Assembly (NCBI GenBank): GCA_043228905.1
Contig: JBHGNT010000020.1
Location: 2,480,001 to 2,544,000 of the forward strand
Length of the DNA stretch: 64,000 bases
Source: Azolla caroliniana
Lineage: Eukaryota > Plantae > Polypodiophyta
Reading direction: 5' to 3'
The position numbers and the translations under genes were made by a program. The notes under the pieces were generated by a model. That model saw only the letters and a list, made by a program, of their open reading frames with translations. It made no database searches and had not been told where the DNA came from. Shown here piece by piece: positions 1 through 10,801 of this stretch. How positions within the stretch are numbered: position 1 is the first letter of the stretch; the number at the start of each line of letters is the position of its first letter.

Positions 1-2060
1 CCACCGGGGGTGACATCCCGTATAAGCATAAAATGGCGTAACTTTAGTGGATGTGTGGATAGAATTGTTATAGGCAAATTCGGCGAAGTGGAGAATATCT
101 GCCCAGTCATCCTGATGATAGCTGAGAAGGCACCGCAGATATTGCTCCAGTGTTTGATTGGTTCGTTCGACTTGGCCGTTAGTTTGTGGGTGGTAGCCGG
201 AGGAGAGGTTACAAGTGACCTTGAGCATGTTAAAAAGGTGCTTCCAGAATTTTGACACGAACTGGGGTCCACGGTCGCTGATGATACTATCGGGAAGTTC
301 ATGATGCCGACATACTTCACGCATGACAATTTCGGCAGTGTCTTCACTGGAGATCTCCTTACTACATGGCAAGAAATGAGCCATCTTGGTATATCGATCG
401 ACCACCGTTAGAATCGCATTGAACCCCTTAGAGACTGGAAGATCTGTGATGAAGTCTAGAGCAATGGATTGCCACGGCTTGTTTGGAATTGGTAATGGTT
501 CTAATAAACCATATGGATGATGCCTTGGCATTTTTCCTCTGCAACATGTATCACAAGTCCGAACAAAATCCTCGACAAATTGTGGCATACAGGGCCACCA
601 GAATGATCGTTGTACTAAATGTAATGTTTTAGTACTACCAAAATGCCCAATTGTATATGTGTCATGACAATTTTGTACTACTTGAAGGTGGCAAAAACCA
701 TTAGGAACATACAAAAGTTCTTTAAAGAAGAGTAATCCATCATGGTATTTAAATTGCCGATAGTCCGTACCTGGTGGTTGCGACTGTGAACACGACGCTC
801 GAGAGGGATCAATTTGTGCTAGTATAGCTTGGGCGAACGCATCTGTCTTCAAGTCTTCGCGTATGGTATCGATAACGCGGGAATCCATGGGCATGTCAAA
901 GATCTGTGTTGCTTGTTGTCGTGCCGATCCCAAGATGACTTGTTTTTGGTTATCGAAAGCTGGCTCGCCGGGACGGGGTGCTAGATACGAACGCTGTGAT
1001 AATGCATCTGCCTTCCCTTGGTGCTTCCCCGGACGATATGTAATTTTGAAGTCGAAACGCGTGAGGAAGTGGGCCCACCGAGCTTGACGTCGATTCAACA
1101 CACGAGCATCCTGAAAGTAGGCAAGGTTCTTGTGGTCACTAAATACGGTGACCGGATGAGAGGATCCCTCCAGAAAATGCCTCCATTGCATAAAAAAATC
1201 CACTATTGCCAATAGCTCCTTATCATGAATTTCGTAGTTGATTTCGGTGGCGTCAAACTTGCGTGAGTGAAAAGGCACAGGATGTAGCTTCTCATCATTC
1301 CCCTGTTGTGATAGAATGCTCCCCAATGCAAAATCCGATGCGTCAGCTTCGATAATGAATGGTTTTTCCGGATCGATATGAGCTAGAATTGGAGCCGATG
1401 TAAATGCCTTTTTAAGACTCTCGAAAGCCATGCCCGTTTCTTCAGACCAGATGAACGGTTGTCCCTTCCTGGTAAGTTGTGTGAGAGGTAGAACGATCTT
1501 TGAGTAATCTTGTATGAACTTCCGGTAAAAATTGGCAAAGCCTAGGAAGCATTGCACATCCCGAACCGAACGCGGAGACTACCATTCTACCACTGTTTTG
1601 ACCTTAGCTGGGTCCATGGAGATGCCTTCTGACGAAATGATGTAGCCGAGAAATTCCACTTGGTTGCACCCGAAACTACATTTTTCCAGCTTTGCATACA
1701 AACCATGTTCTCGAAGTTGTTTTAGTACTAATAGTACATGAGAATCGTATTATTCTTGGGTCTTTGAATAAACCATTAGATCATCCAAATAGATGATCAA
1801 ACAATCATCCAATAGATCTCGGAATATATCATTAGCCATGTGCTGGAAGACTGCCGACGCATTAGTGAGGCTTAATGGCATGACCGTATACTTGAAGTGC
1901 CCATATCTGGTGCGAAACGCGGTCTTCCATTCGTCTCTTGGTCGGATTCGTACGAGGTTATATGCTCCCCGTAAGTCGATCTTCGTGAAGAACCTGGCAC
2001 CATTGATCCGTTCTAAAAGACTTGAGATAAGGGGAAGAGCATACCTATTCCTGATTGGAA
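1..2060 (-). pseudogene. pol: Decayed Gypsy pol (RT-RNaseH-integrase) with stops/frameshifts
   Basis: ORF 1750-2076(-) carries RT motifs and ends in a premature stop. Downstream frames show DASDFALGSIL (RNaseH) and PWQSIALDFITDLP (integrase). Confidence 0.88.
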
Positions 2061-2186
2061 CTTCTCTTTCAAGCATTGAAATTCCGAGAAAACAGATTGA
2101 TATTCTTCAGCGCTAACAGTAGCCATGGGATGAAAGAAAAGAGGAATAAGAGAGTAGTAGGAAATGAGAGAGATAGAAGGTAGGCA

Positions 2187-2200
2187 AAATCGGTTCAAAC
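2187..2200 (-). promoter_or_regulatory. Self-priming primer-binding site
   Basis: The minus-strand sequence just inside the LTR (GTTTGAACCGATTT) is complementary over 12 nt to LTR 2416-2405 (AAATCGGTTCAA), which starts 33 nt after the TATA box. There is no TGG tRNA-type PBS. Confidence 0.8.
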
Positions 2201-2632
2201 TGTCAGGAACAATACTAAGACAGAGAAGGAATTAGTACTAAAAGAAGTATTAGTACTAAGAGAGGTGAAGAACTCTCGAGAGAATGAAAGAGTGAGTGAG
2301 AGGGAGGGAGGGAGGGAGAGAGAGAGAGAGAGAGAGAGAGATGTAAGAAAAGAAATATATTATGTGAAGAAAATGTACAGTAGCTAGGAGGCTTAAGACT
2401 GGCGTTGAACCGATTTGGTTTGAAATAATGCCTTGTGCCTCCTTTTATAGTGTTCTAAGGAATAGTCCTGAAGTTTCTAAATGTTCCAGAGAAATCTGGA
2501 ATATACATCAATTTTCTATAATAAAACATAAATGAAAATAATATTTTACATATTACAATGTATAGTCTAATGGTCAAGAGCTCGACCCATGTAGCATAAG
2601 GTCATGGGTTCGAGTCTTGCCATATCATGACA
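2201..2632 (-). repeat. 5' LTR of the chromovirus-type element (432 bp)
   Basis: TGTCA/TGACA termini, minus-strand TATAAAA at 2449-2443, (GA)n tract, homologous to the solo LTR at 62222-62663. Confidence 0.9.
2563..2617 (+). promoter_or_regulatory. tRNA-like Pol III A-box/B-box module inside an LTR, antisense to the element
   Basis: TAGTCTAATGG (2563) and GGTTCGAGTC (2607) lie 44 nt apart, as in tRNA genes, with AGGTC before the T-arm. No full cloverleaf. Confidence 0.55.
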
Positions 2633-3097
2633 GAAGTTGACTACCATGCGTGTTTTGCTAGCTGTAGCTACAACAAAGGGGTGGCACTTACATAAGATGA
2701 ATGTAAAGAACGCATTCCTGTAAGGTGATCTTGAGGAACAGGTGTACATGGTACAACCCCCCGGATTTCTATCCGAACAAAACACCTCGACAGTTTGCCG
2801 ACTGAAGAAGTCACTTTACAAACTCAAGCAAGCCCCACGAGCTTGGAACGCAAAGATTACGCAACGAAGTCTGACTCTTCATTATTTGTTCGGCAAGGTC
2901 AACACGGGCCTGGTATGCGTTCTGTTATATGTTGATGATTTAATCATCGCCGGTGCCGACTTGAACGAAATCCGCTATGTAAAGCCTCAACTTGCGGCAT
3001 CATTTGAAATGAAGGATCTTGGAGACCTTCATTACTTCCTCGGGATCGAAGTGATCTGTACCCCCAAAGGCATATTGATAAGCCAACGTCATTACAC

Positions 3098-4092
3098 TGT
3101 CGCGGTATTCCGCGAGTACGTGTAGGATCTTAGGCAGGACCGCGGGGGTCTTGGACTAGGGAGACAGATGGTGGAGTCCTTGAGCTTTGTGGGCTTCGGT
3201 CCAGAATCGGCTTCTAGCTCCAACAAATGTAGGGTTTCACAAAAACAGTTCACCGTGAATATGGACCCGACTCAAATATGTTACAATGGAAGATACATAT
3301 ATACCAACATGAATATATATTACAATAGCTTTACAACAAGACGGTTACATGTCCCGAATCCGGTGGCTATAACAAAACAATCGGCTAATACATCAAGATA
3401 AGAATGGGAACTGGTGAAGGCGAGTCAAGTGGGCCGCCGGGATCGTGACGTCCACCGTTGGTCACACCCCGAAGACGATGGAGTATTCCCGTGCCACTTC
3501 GTCCTCCCTTTCGAATCGGCTGCCACACGAAACACTCTCCATCGAGGAGAGGAAGCCGAATCACCAAGTGCCACCACCGGAATGCCTAAAGCCACCATTG
3601 TAGGAACCCCCAAACCAAACCAAACTCTTACACAAAGAAGAGAGAGTAACACCCAAAGACCCCAAGTACATAAACCCTAACTCGCACGAACTCTCTCAAG
3701 AAGAAGAACCTAAATGGAATACTAACTTCCACTCAAAAGAGTGAACCAAACCCATTAGACAATGAAGAAGAAGACTCAAATGAAACCCTAAACGAAATAG
3801 AGTGAAAAGACCAAAGTGGAAACCCTAAGAGAACAAGAATAAGATGTAGAGGAAGAACACTACCAAACCCTAGACCTAAGTGGTATACCCTCCTAACTCC
3901 AAAATGGGCACCTTCAAAAGGGACCCCTCCCTTCCTTTTATAGCCCAAGGAGGGAGAGACGTTACAATGTGGGACAAATACTTCCCCTTTATTCTATACA
4001 CAGTTTTGCTACTATACATGTGCACATGTTGCACACCACCGACTTACCCTTTGCACCCCGGTTTCACACTGTAGCTGGAAATCTTCACGACA
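3098..4092 (-). mobile_element. Solo LTR of the TGTCG...CGACA Gypsy group (995 bp)
   Basis: TGTCGCGG...CACGACA ends; 4-bp TSD ACAC/ACGC; homologous to the LTRs of element H; interrupts Copia A RT. Confidence 0.85.
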
Positions 4093-4910
4093 ACGCGTTG
4101 AATATGCTCTTCAAGTTCGGGATGGAAAATTGTAAGCCCATCTCGACCCCTTTGGACAGAAATGTAAAGCTTCGCCGAGATTCGGGAAAGGCGTGCGACC
4201 CGACACGGTTTCGACAATTTGTCGGAAACCTCATCTATTTGATGATTCCTTGGCTGGATCTTAGCTACCCGGTCGGCTTAATCAGTCAATTTATGTGCAA
4301 CCTACAACCGAACACTTTCAATGCGTGCAAAGGATATTGCGATATGTTAGTAGCACAAAAGACATGGCGTTGCTATATTGGGGCAGGCATAGCCGAACAG
4401 TTAGTCGGCTACACGAATGCCGATTGGGCTGGAAACGCCCACGATCGTGGATACATCCGGATACGCATTCTCTCTAGGAAGTGTGGCTATCGCGTGGAGC
4501 AGTAAGAAGCAGCCGACAGTAGCACTGTCAAGCACGGAGGCCGAGGGGCGACTATCGCTACGTGCGAAGTCATTTGGCTAAAATGCCTATTACGGGATCT
4601 GCATGTACAGGTGTTTGATCCGACGATGATCTATTGTGACAACCTCAATAGTATCCACCTTGTGAAAAACCCCATGTTCCACACCCAGACCAAGCACATT
4701 GAGGTGCATTACCATTTTGTCCGCGAGCGGGTCCTTTCAGGTGAAGTTGAACTGGTGCATGTTCCGACTGATCGACAAGTTGCCAACATCTTCACCAAGC
4801 CTCTTGGTCTCGACAAGTTATGACATTTCTCAGGTGAGCTTGGGTTGCATCACCTCGACACGCCGAACTTGAGGGGGAGAAAGGAAGAACAAGAACAAGA
4901 GTGTGAAAGG

Positions 4911-5610
4911 TGTAAGGAATAGACCCTTCTATTTACCTGCTTCACTCGGCCACAACCGAGCAAGCGCGAATCGATGGAGCAGAAAATAGGGACCACACGG
5001 AGAAACAAAACGCGAGTACACAGGGATTAACGTGGAAAACCCTAGACGGGAAAAACCACGGGAGTACAAGACTCCAAACCAACACTATACAGAGAAGTAT
5101 ACAATGGCGAGCTGCAAGGCGACGACCTTGAGCTCGCTGTCCTCGCCACAGGTGGCGGAAATACACAGAGGCGTCTACCTCTTCCTCTCGCGCGCTCTAT
5201 CTCTCTCTCGGCTGCTCTCACTTCGCTCCCTCTTAGTGGAAAACAGAAAATAAGCAACAACAACTTAACTGTTTGCCCTAAGTCATATTTATACACATAT
5301 GACTTTCGGGCTATTTACAAATATAGCCTCAAGGGCTCTTGGTAAACATATTCACAAATATGTCTCCGCATCCGGATCTCTCTCCGGGTACATTCGTCAT
5401 CCGGCTCCGAAACCGGGGTCTTCATCATCCGGCTCCGTAGCCGGGGTCTTCATCATCCGGCTCCGTAACCGGGGTCTTCATCATCCGGCTCCGTAGCCGG
5501 GGTCTTCATCATCCGGCTCCGTAACCGGGGTCTTCATCATCCGGCTCCGTAGCCGGGGTCTCCGTCATTCATCTCCGGACATCCCATCCGGAGGGACCGA
5601 AATCCCAACA
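4911..5610 (-). repeat. 3' LTR of Copia B with 28-bp CCGG-rich tandem array
   Basis: TG...CA ends; repeat unit CCGGGGTCTTCATCATCCGGCTCCGTA(A/G). Confidence 0.95.
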
Positions 5611-5620
5611 AACTCCCCCT

Positions 5621-8600
5621 TCACTTCGGCATGGGATGTCTCTCCAGTCCGATCCTCTTCCGGCATGCTTCCAGCTTGTCGGGTGTTAGCACCTTGGTCA
5701 GCATATCCGACCCGTTCTCGTCCGTGTGGACCTTCGTCAGCACGAACTCCTTGTCTTCTATTCTTTCCCGGATCCAGTGATATCTTCGCTGGATGTGCTT
5801 CGTCCGGGAATGGTAGGCCGCATTCTTCGCAAGGTAGATGGCACTCTGACTGTCGCAGTGGAGTCGGTACTCCTCTTGCCGGATACCAAGCTCTCTAATG
5901 AAGTCCTTCATCCATATTATTTCCTTGCCGGCTTCAACAGCCGCCATGTACTCCGCCTCCGTGGTTGACAACGCAACCGTCTTCTGCAGCCTCGACTGCC
6001 ACGAAACAGCTCCCCCTGCATACGTCATCACATACCCTGATGTGGACCGGCTGGTATCTGCATCAGCCGACATATCCGAATCGGTGAAACCGTCGAGTTC
6101 GGGTTTACCGGAGCTGAATCGGAGGCACACATTCGCTGTGCCCTTCAGGTATCGGAGTATCCACTTGACCGCGTTCCAATGCTCTTTGCCGGGATTGCTC
6201 ATGTACCGGCTCACCACTCCGACTGCATATCCTATATCCGGTCTCGTACACACCATGGCGTACATCAAGCTCCCGACGGCTGAGGCATACGGCACTTTCA
6301 TCATATCCTCCTTTTCAGCCTTTGTCTTGGGACATTGCTTGCTGGACAGCTTGCAGTTTGCCGGGAGGGTCGATCCGACCGGTCTTGCTTCCGACATGTT
6401 GAACCGGTGAAGCACCTTCGTCACGTACTTCTCCTGTGACAGCCACAACTGCTTCTTCTTCCGGTCCCGGATGATGTGCATCCCTAGTATTTCCCTCGCC
6501 GGACCCAGGTCCTTCATTGAGAAGGTTCGGTGAAGCGCTTTCTTCAGCGTCCGTATCTTGACCTGGTCCCGTCCGACGATCAACATGTCGTCCACGTACA
6601 GGAGGAGTATTAGAGAGTCTCCTCCTTCGAACTTCTTCACAAACACGCAGTGATCAGACTGCGTTTTGTGGTACCCTTCGTCGGTCATGAAGGAGTCGAA
6701 CTTCCGGTACCATTGCCGGGGAGCCTGCTTCAGTCCGTAAAGACTCTTCTTCAACCGGCATACCAGGTGCTCCTTCCCTTTCTTCTCGAATCCTTCCGGT
6801 TGCTGCATGTAGATCTCTTCTTCGAGGTCACCGTGAAGGAATGCCGTCTTCACGTCCATCTGTTCTACCTCGAGGTCCATGCTTGCCGCTATGCTCAGCA
6901 CCGTCCGGATGGAGGTCATCTTCACTACCGGGGCGAATATCTCGTCGAAGTCGACGCCCTTCTTCTGCTGAAACCCCTTCACCACAATCCTGGCTTTGTA
7001 TCTCGGGGGGTTTCCGGCATCTCCCGGTTTCAGCTTGAACACCCACTTATTTCGAAGTGCCCGCTTTCCTTTCGGCAACTCCACAAGTTCATATGTGTGG
7101 TTCTCATGCAGGGAATCCATCTCGTCCTGCATGGCACTCAACCACCTGCGGCTCTGGGTGTCATACTTTGCTTCTTCAAAGCTCTCCGGCTCCCCTTCGT
7201 CGGTTAGCAGCACGTGCTCTGGTTCCGGAAATCTCCGGGGGGCCCTTCTCTCTCTTAGAGGATATCTCCGTTCCGGAGCTTCGGTAACCGGTTCTTCCGA
7301 TTCTTCTTCATCCGAATCCATTTCGGGATCGGGGCCGGTTCCGGTATCATTTTCATCTTCTTCGGCCGGTTCTGTTTCTTCATAGTCTTCGGCCGGATCC
7401 TCGAGTGTTAACCGGTCCCTTGCCGGTCGGGACTGCTCCTCGTAGAGTTGATCCTCACCGGTCGACTTGGAGCTCTTCATCTTCTTCTCCGACTCCCAGT
7501 CGGCGAGTGTCTTGTCCTCCATGAAGATGATGTCTCGACTCCTGAATATCTTCTTGTCGACCGGGTCCCATACTCGGTAGCCGAACTCGTCGTCGCCGTA
7601 ACCGAGAAATATGCATGGCCGGGTCTTTGGATCTAACTTTCCTCTCCGGTCCTTTGCCACATGCACGTATGCGAGACACCCGAACACCTTCAGATGCCGG
7701 TAGGATACTTCCCTACCGGTCCACACTCTCTGCGGCGTGTCTCCGTCCAAAGGTACTGAGGGTGATCGGTTTATCACATATGTCGCCGTCGACATTGCCT
7801 CAGCCCAAAACCCCTTGGGTAATTTCGCATGCGCCAGCATACTCCGAACCCTCTCCATTATGGTCCGGTTCATCCTCTCGGCCAGCCCGTTCAGTTCCGG
7901 CGTCTTCGGCACAGTAAACTCGAGCCGGATTCCCTTCGAGCGACAGTACTCCTGGAACTGCCCCCGGTATTCCCCTCCGTTATCCGCTCGTATCGCTTTC
8001 AGCTTCTTGCCGGATTCCCTTTCCACTCTCGCGTGGAGTTCTTTGAAGACGGACAACACTTGGTCCTTTGTCTTCAACGGCGCCGTCCACAGCTTCCGGC
8101 TGTGATCATCAATGAAAGTCACGAAGTACTGGGCTCCGCCATGTGACTTCGTTTCTACCTGACACACATCAGTGTGCACCAACTCCAGTGGTGCGCTACG
8201 TCTCGTCGGTGGCCTTGAGTGGAAGGAGGTTCGGTTCTGCTTACCGGCCAGGCAATCGGTGCACTTCTCCAGATGCACATGCTTCACTGGAATGAGGTTG
8301 TCTTCTGCAAGCCTCTTTATCCCCTTCTCGCTCATGTGGCACAGTCTCTTGTGCCACAGCTCACCGGCAGTGTCGGCTGCCACGTTCAGCTCCTCCGAAC
8401 ATAGCCGGGAATTCATCAGGTACAGGGTGTTGACCTTCCGGGCCCGAGCCACTATCAGGCTCCCCTTGCTGAACTTCATGACACCGTTCCGGATGCTACC
8501 CGTGTAGCCTTCATCATCTAGCCTCCCGGCCGAGATCAGGTTCAATTGGACCTCCGGAACGTGTCGCACATCCTTCAACAGCATCTTGCATCCGGTTGAT

Positions 8601-9703
8601 GTCAACAGCCACACGTCTCCTATGCCGGCAATCCGGCATGTGCCTTCATTTCCCATCCGGACACAGCCGTGCTCACCGGCTGTGTAGGATGAGAAGTATT
8701 TCTTCTCCGGGGTCAGGTGGAACGACGCTCCGGAATCGACCACCCAGGTCATCTCTACACCGGCAAGGTTCAGCTCCCTCTCTTCGGTAATAAGCATTAT
8801 CTCTTCTTCACTTGCCGCGAGTGCCGTCGTTCCTTTCCGGTCCTGCCCTCGCCGATCCGGACCTCTCCGGTCCGTGGCTCCCCGGTATGCACCGTTTCTC
8901 TCCGGTGACTTCTTCGAATCGGTGTCGTCGGTTCCATTGTCTTTTCGGTAATGCCGACAATTCTTTCGGAAATGCCCCGGCTTCCCACAGTGGAAGCATG
9001 TGGGCCTTCCTCTTGACTGCGACCGGGTCCCCGACTTCTCCCGTCTTTGCGGACTCCGGTTCCATTGCCTTCCCCGATCAGATTCGGTAAACAACATCTT
9101 CGGGTCGGAGGCCGGTTCCTTATCTCTCCGACGCGCTTCTTCGTTCAAAATACTTGTCTTTACCGTTTGTAGAGACAAGTTATCTTCGGTGCAGGAGGTA
9201 CTGAGAGTCACCACCAAGTTCTCCCAGCTTTCCGGTAATGTACACATCAGAATGATGGCTTGCATTGCATCCTCCAACGGGAACTTGATCGCCGCAAGCT
9301 GGTTCACGAATCCCATGAACGTGCTTACGTGTTCCACCATACTCTCGCCGTCCCGGTACTTGAGATTCACAATCTTCCTCATCAGGGAGGTCCGGTTCAA
9401 CGCATTCTTCCTCTCGTAGAGGCCCGACAGCTTCTTCCACATCTCATATGCGTTGGTGTCGTTCGCCACATGTTGTAGGACGCTTACATCGACATATTGT
9501 CGGATCGTCGCTACGGCTTTCCGGTTCAGGAGCTTCCACTCCGACTCAAGTACCCCCTTCGGTATTTCCGACCTGTCAATCGGTTCGTACAGGTCCCGAA
9601 CAATCAGAAGATCCTCCATCTTGATCTTCCAGTCGGCGTAATTCTGTGCATTCAGCACCATCATCATCGGCTGCCCGCTGCCGCCGCCTTCCATTTTCTG
9701 CAA
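5621..9703 (-). CDS. gag-pol: Copia Gag-Pol polyprotein (Gag, CCHC knuckle, protease, integrase, RT, RNaseH); first ATG at 9694
   Basis: 1360-aa ORF: CFHCGKPGHFRKNC, WVVDSGAS, LWHKRLCH..CTDC, HTDV/ADNGGEY/NGLAER, LYVDD, TDSD..TKHI. Confidence 0.97.
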   Translation of the reverse strand: MQKMEGGGSGQPMMMVLNAQNYADWKIKMEDLLIVRDLYEPIDRSEIPKGVLESEWKLLNRKAVATIRQYVDVSVLQHVANDTNAYEMWKKLSGLYERKNALNRTSLMRKIVNLKYRDGESMVEHVSTFMGFVNQLAAIKFPLEDAMQAIILMCTLPESWENLVVTLSTSCTEDNLSLQTVKTSILNEEARRRDKEPASDPKMLFTESDRGRQWNRSPQRREKSGTRSQSRGRPTCFHCGKPGHFRKNCRHYRKDNGTDDTDSKKSPERNGAYRGATDRRGPDRRGQDRKGTTALAASEEEIMLITEERELNLAGVEMTWVVDSGASFHLTPEKKYFSSYTAGEHGCVRMGNEGTCRIAGIGDVWLLTSTGCKMLLKDVRHVPEVQLNLISAGRLDDEGYTGSIRNGVMKFSKGSLIVARARKVNTLYLMNSRLCSEELNVAADTAGELWHKRLCHMSEKGIKRLAEDNLIPVKHVHLEKCTDCLAGKQNRTSFHSRPPTRRSAPLELVHTDVCQVETKSHGGAQYFVTFIDDHSRKLWTAPLKTKDQVLSVFKELHARVERESGKKLKAIRADNGGEYRGQFQEYCRSKGIRLEFTVPKTPELNGLAERMNRTIMERVRSMLAHAKLPKGFWAEAMSTATYVINRSPSVPLDGDTPQRVWTGREVSYRHLKVFGCLAYVHVAKDRRGKLDPKTRPCIFLGYGDDEFGYRVWDPVDKKIFRSRDIIFMEDKTLADWESEKKMKSSKSTGEDQLYEEQSRPARDRLTLEDPAEDYEETEPAEEDENDTGTGPDPEMDSDEEESEEPVTEAPERRYPLRERRAPRRFPEPEHVLLTDEGEPESFEEAKYDTQSRRWLSAMQDEMDSLHENHTYELVELPKGKRALRNKWVFKLKPGDAGNPPRYKARIVVKGFQQKKGVDFDEIFAPVVKMTSIRTVLSIAASMDLEVEQMDVKTAFLHGDLEEEIYMQQPEGFEKKGKEHLVCRLKKSLYGLKQAPRQWYRKFDSFMTDEGYHKTQSDHCVFVKKFEGGDSLILLLYVDDMLIVGRDQVKIRTLKKALHRTFSMKDLGPAREILGMHIIRDRKKKQLWLSQEKYVTKVLHRFNMSEARPVGSTLPANCKLSSKQCPKTKAEKEDMMKVPYASAVGSLMYAMVCTRPDIGYAVGVVSRYMSNPGKEHWNAVKWILRYLKGTANVCLRFSSGKPELDGFTDSDMSADADTSRSTSGYVMTYAGGAVSWQSRLQKTVALSTTEAEYMAAVEAGKEIIWMKDFIRELGIRQEEYRLHCDSQSAIYLAKNAAYHSRTKHIQRRYHWIRERIEDKEFVLTKVHTDENGSDMLTKVLTPDKLEACRKRIGLERHPMPK

Positions 9704-9723
9704 CAGTCGCTCTGATACCAGTT

Positions 9724-10507
9724 TGTAAGGAATAGACCCTTCTATTTACCTGCTTCACTCGGCCACAACCGAGCAAGCGCGAATCGATGGAGCAGAAAAT
9801 AGGGACCACACGGAGAAACAAAACGCGAGTACACAGGGATTAACGTGGAAAACCCTAGACGGGAAAAACCACGGGAGTACAAGACTCCAAACCAACACTA
9901 TACAGAGAAGTATACAATGGCGAGCTGCAAGGCGACGACCTTGAGCTCGCTGTCCTCGCCACAGGTGGCGGAAATACACAGAGGCGTCTACCTCTTCCTC
10001 TCGCGCGCTCTATCTCTCTCTCGGCTGCTCTCACTTCGCTCCCTCTTAGTGGAAAACAGAAAATAAGCAACAACAACTTAACTGTTTGCCCTAAGTCATA
10101 TTTATACACATATGACTTTCGGGCTATTTACAAATATAGCCTCAAGGGCTCTTGGTAAACATATTCACAAATATGTCTCCGCATCCGGATCTCTCTCCGG
10201 GTACATTCGTCATCCGGCTCCGAAACCGGGGTCTTCATCATCCGGCTCCGTAGCCGGGGTCTTCATCATCCGGCTCCGTAACCGGGGTCTTCATCATCCG
10301 GCTCCGTAACCGGGGTCTTCATCATCCGGCTCCGTAGCCGGGGTCTTCATCATCCGGCTCCGTAACCGGGGTCTTCATCATCCGGCTCCGTAGCCGGGGT
10401 CTTCATCATCCGGCTCCGTAACCGGGGTCTTCATCATCCGGCTCCGTAGCCGGGGTCTCCGTCATTCATCTCCGGACATCCCATCCGGAGGGACCGAAAT
10501 CCCAACA
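9724..10507 (-). repeat. 5' LTR of Copia B (84 bp longer = three more repeat units)
   Basis: Direct repeat of 4911-5610, adjacent to the PBS. Confidence 0.95.
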
Positions 10508-10801
10508 AAAGGAGCGGAGGTGGTCATCGTGGCAGAAGTGACTGTGATGCGGAATCGAATGAAGAATTCAATTTCGGGCCGGCTGAAGAAGCCGAAGAAA
10601 AGAGCAAGGGCCATAACCGTAGGGAAGAGCCGAGGATATCTGAATCAGGGGGAGATATAGCCAAGAAGGGCGTAAAGGCCAAGACCAAGACGTGGTCTGA
10701 TGTAGTCAAAGGCCTAAATACAGGAGACAAATTGGAGACAACCAATTCGGATGAGAGCGGAATTGAATCGGAAGTGTTCAATTCAATTGGAATGTTTGAT
10801 T

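Larger units (their letters stand above)
1..2632 (-). mobile_element. Ty3/Gypsy chromovirus-type (Tf1/Tcn1-like) LTR retrotransposon; internally deleted, 3' part runs off the window
   Basis: Minus-strand RT ([46 protein letters not shown]), then RNaseH and integrase remnants toward position 1. 5' LTR at 2201-2632 with TGTCA...TGACA ends. Inserted in the RT of Copia A. Confidence 0.9.
4911..10507 (-). mobile_element. Copia B: intact, very young Tnt1/Tork-like LTR retrotransposon
   Basis: LTRs 4911-5610 and 9724-10507 look identical except for three extra 28-bp repeat units. TSD AAAGG/AAAGG. tRNA-iMet PBS at 9709-9720, PPT at 5611-5620, one uninterrupted ORF. Confidence 0.97.

Noticed and set aside
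2555-2630. Functional tRNA gene
   Set aside because: A and B boxes are present but there is no acceptor or anticodon stem, so it is reported only as a tRNA-like module.
5665-9715. Many overlapping antisense or alternative-frame ORFs over gag-pol (also over C, D, I and G)
   Set aside because: These are expected shadows of GC-rich coding sequence.
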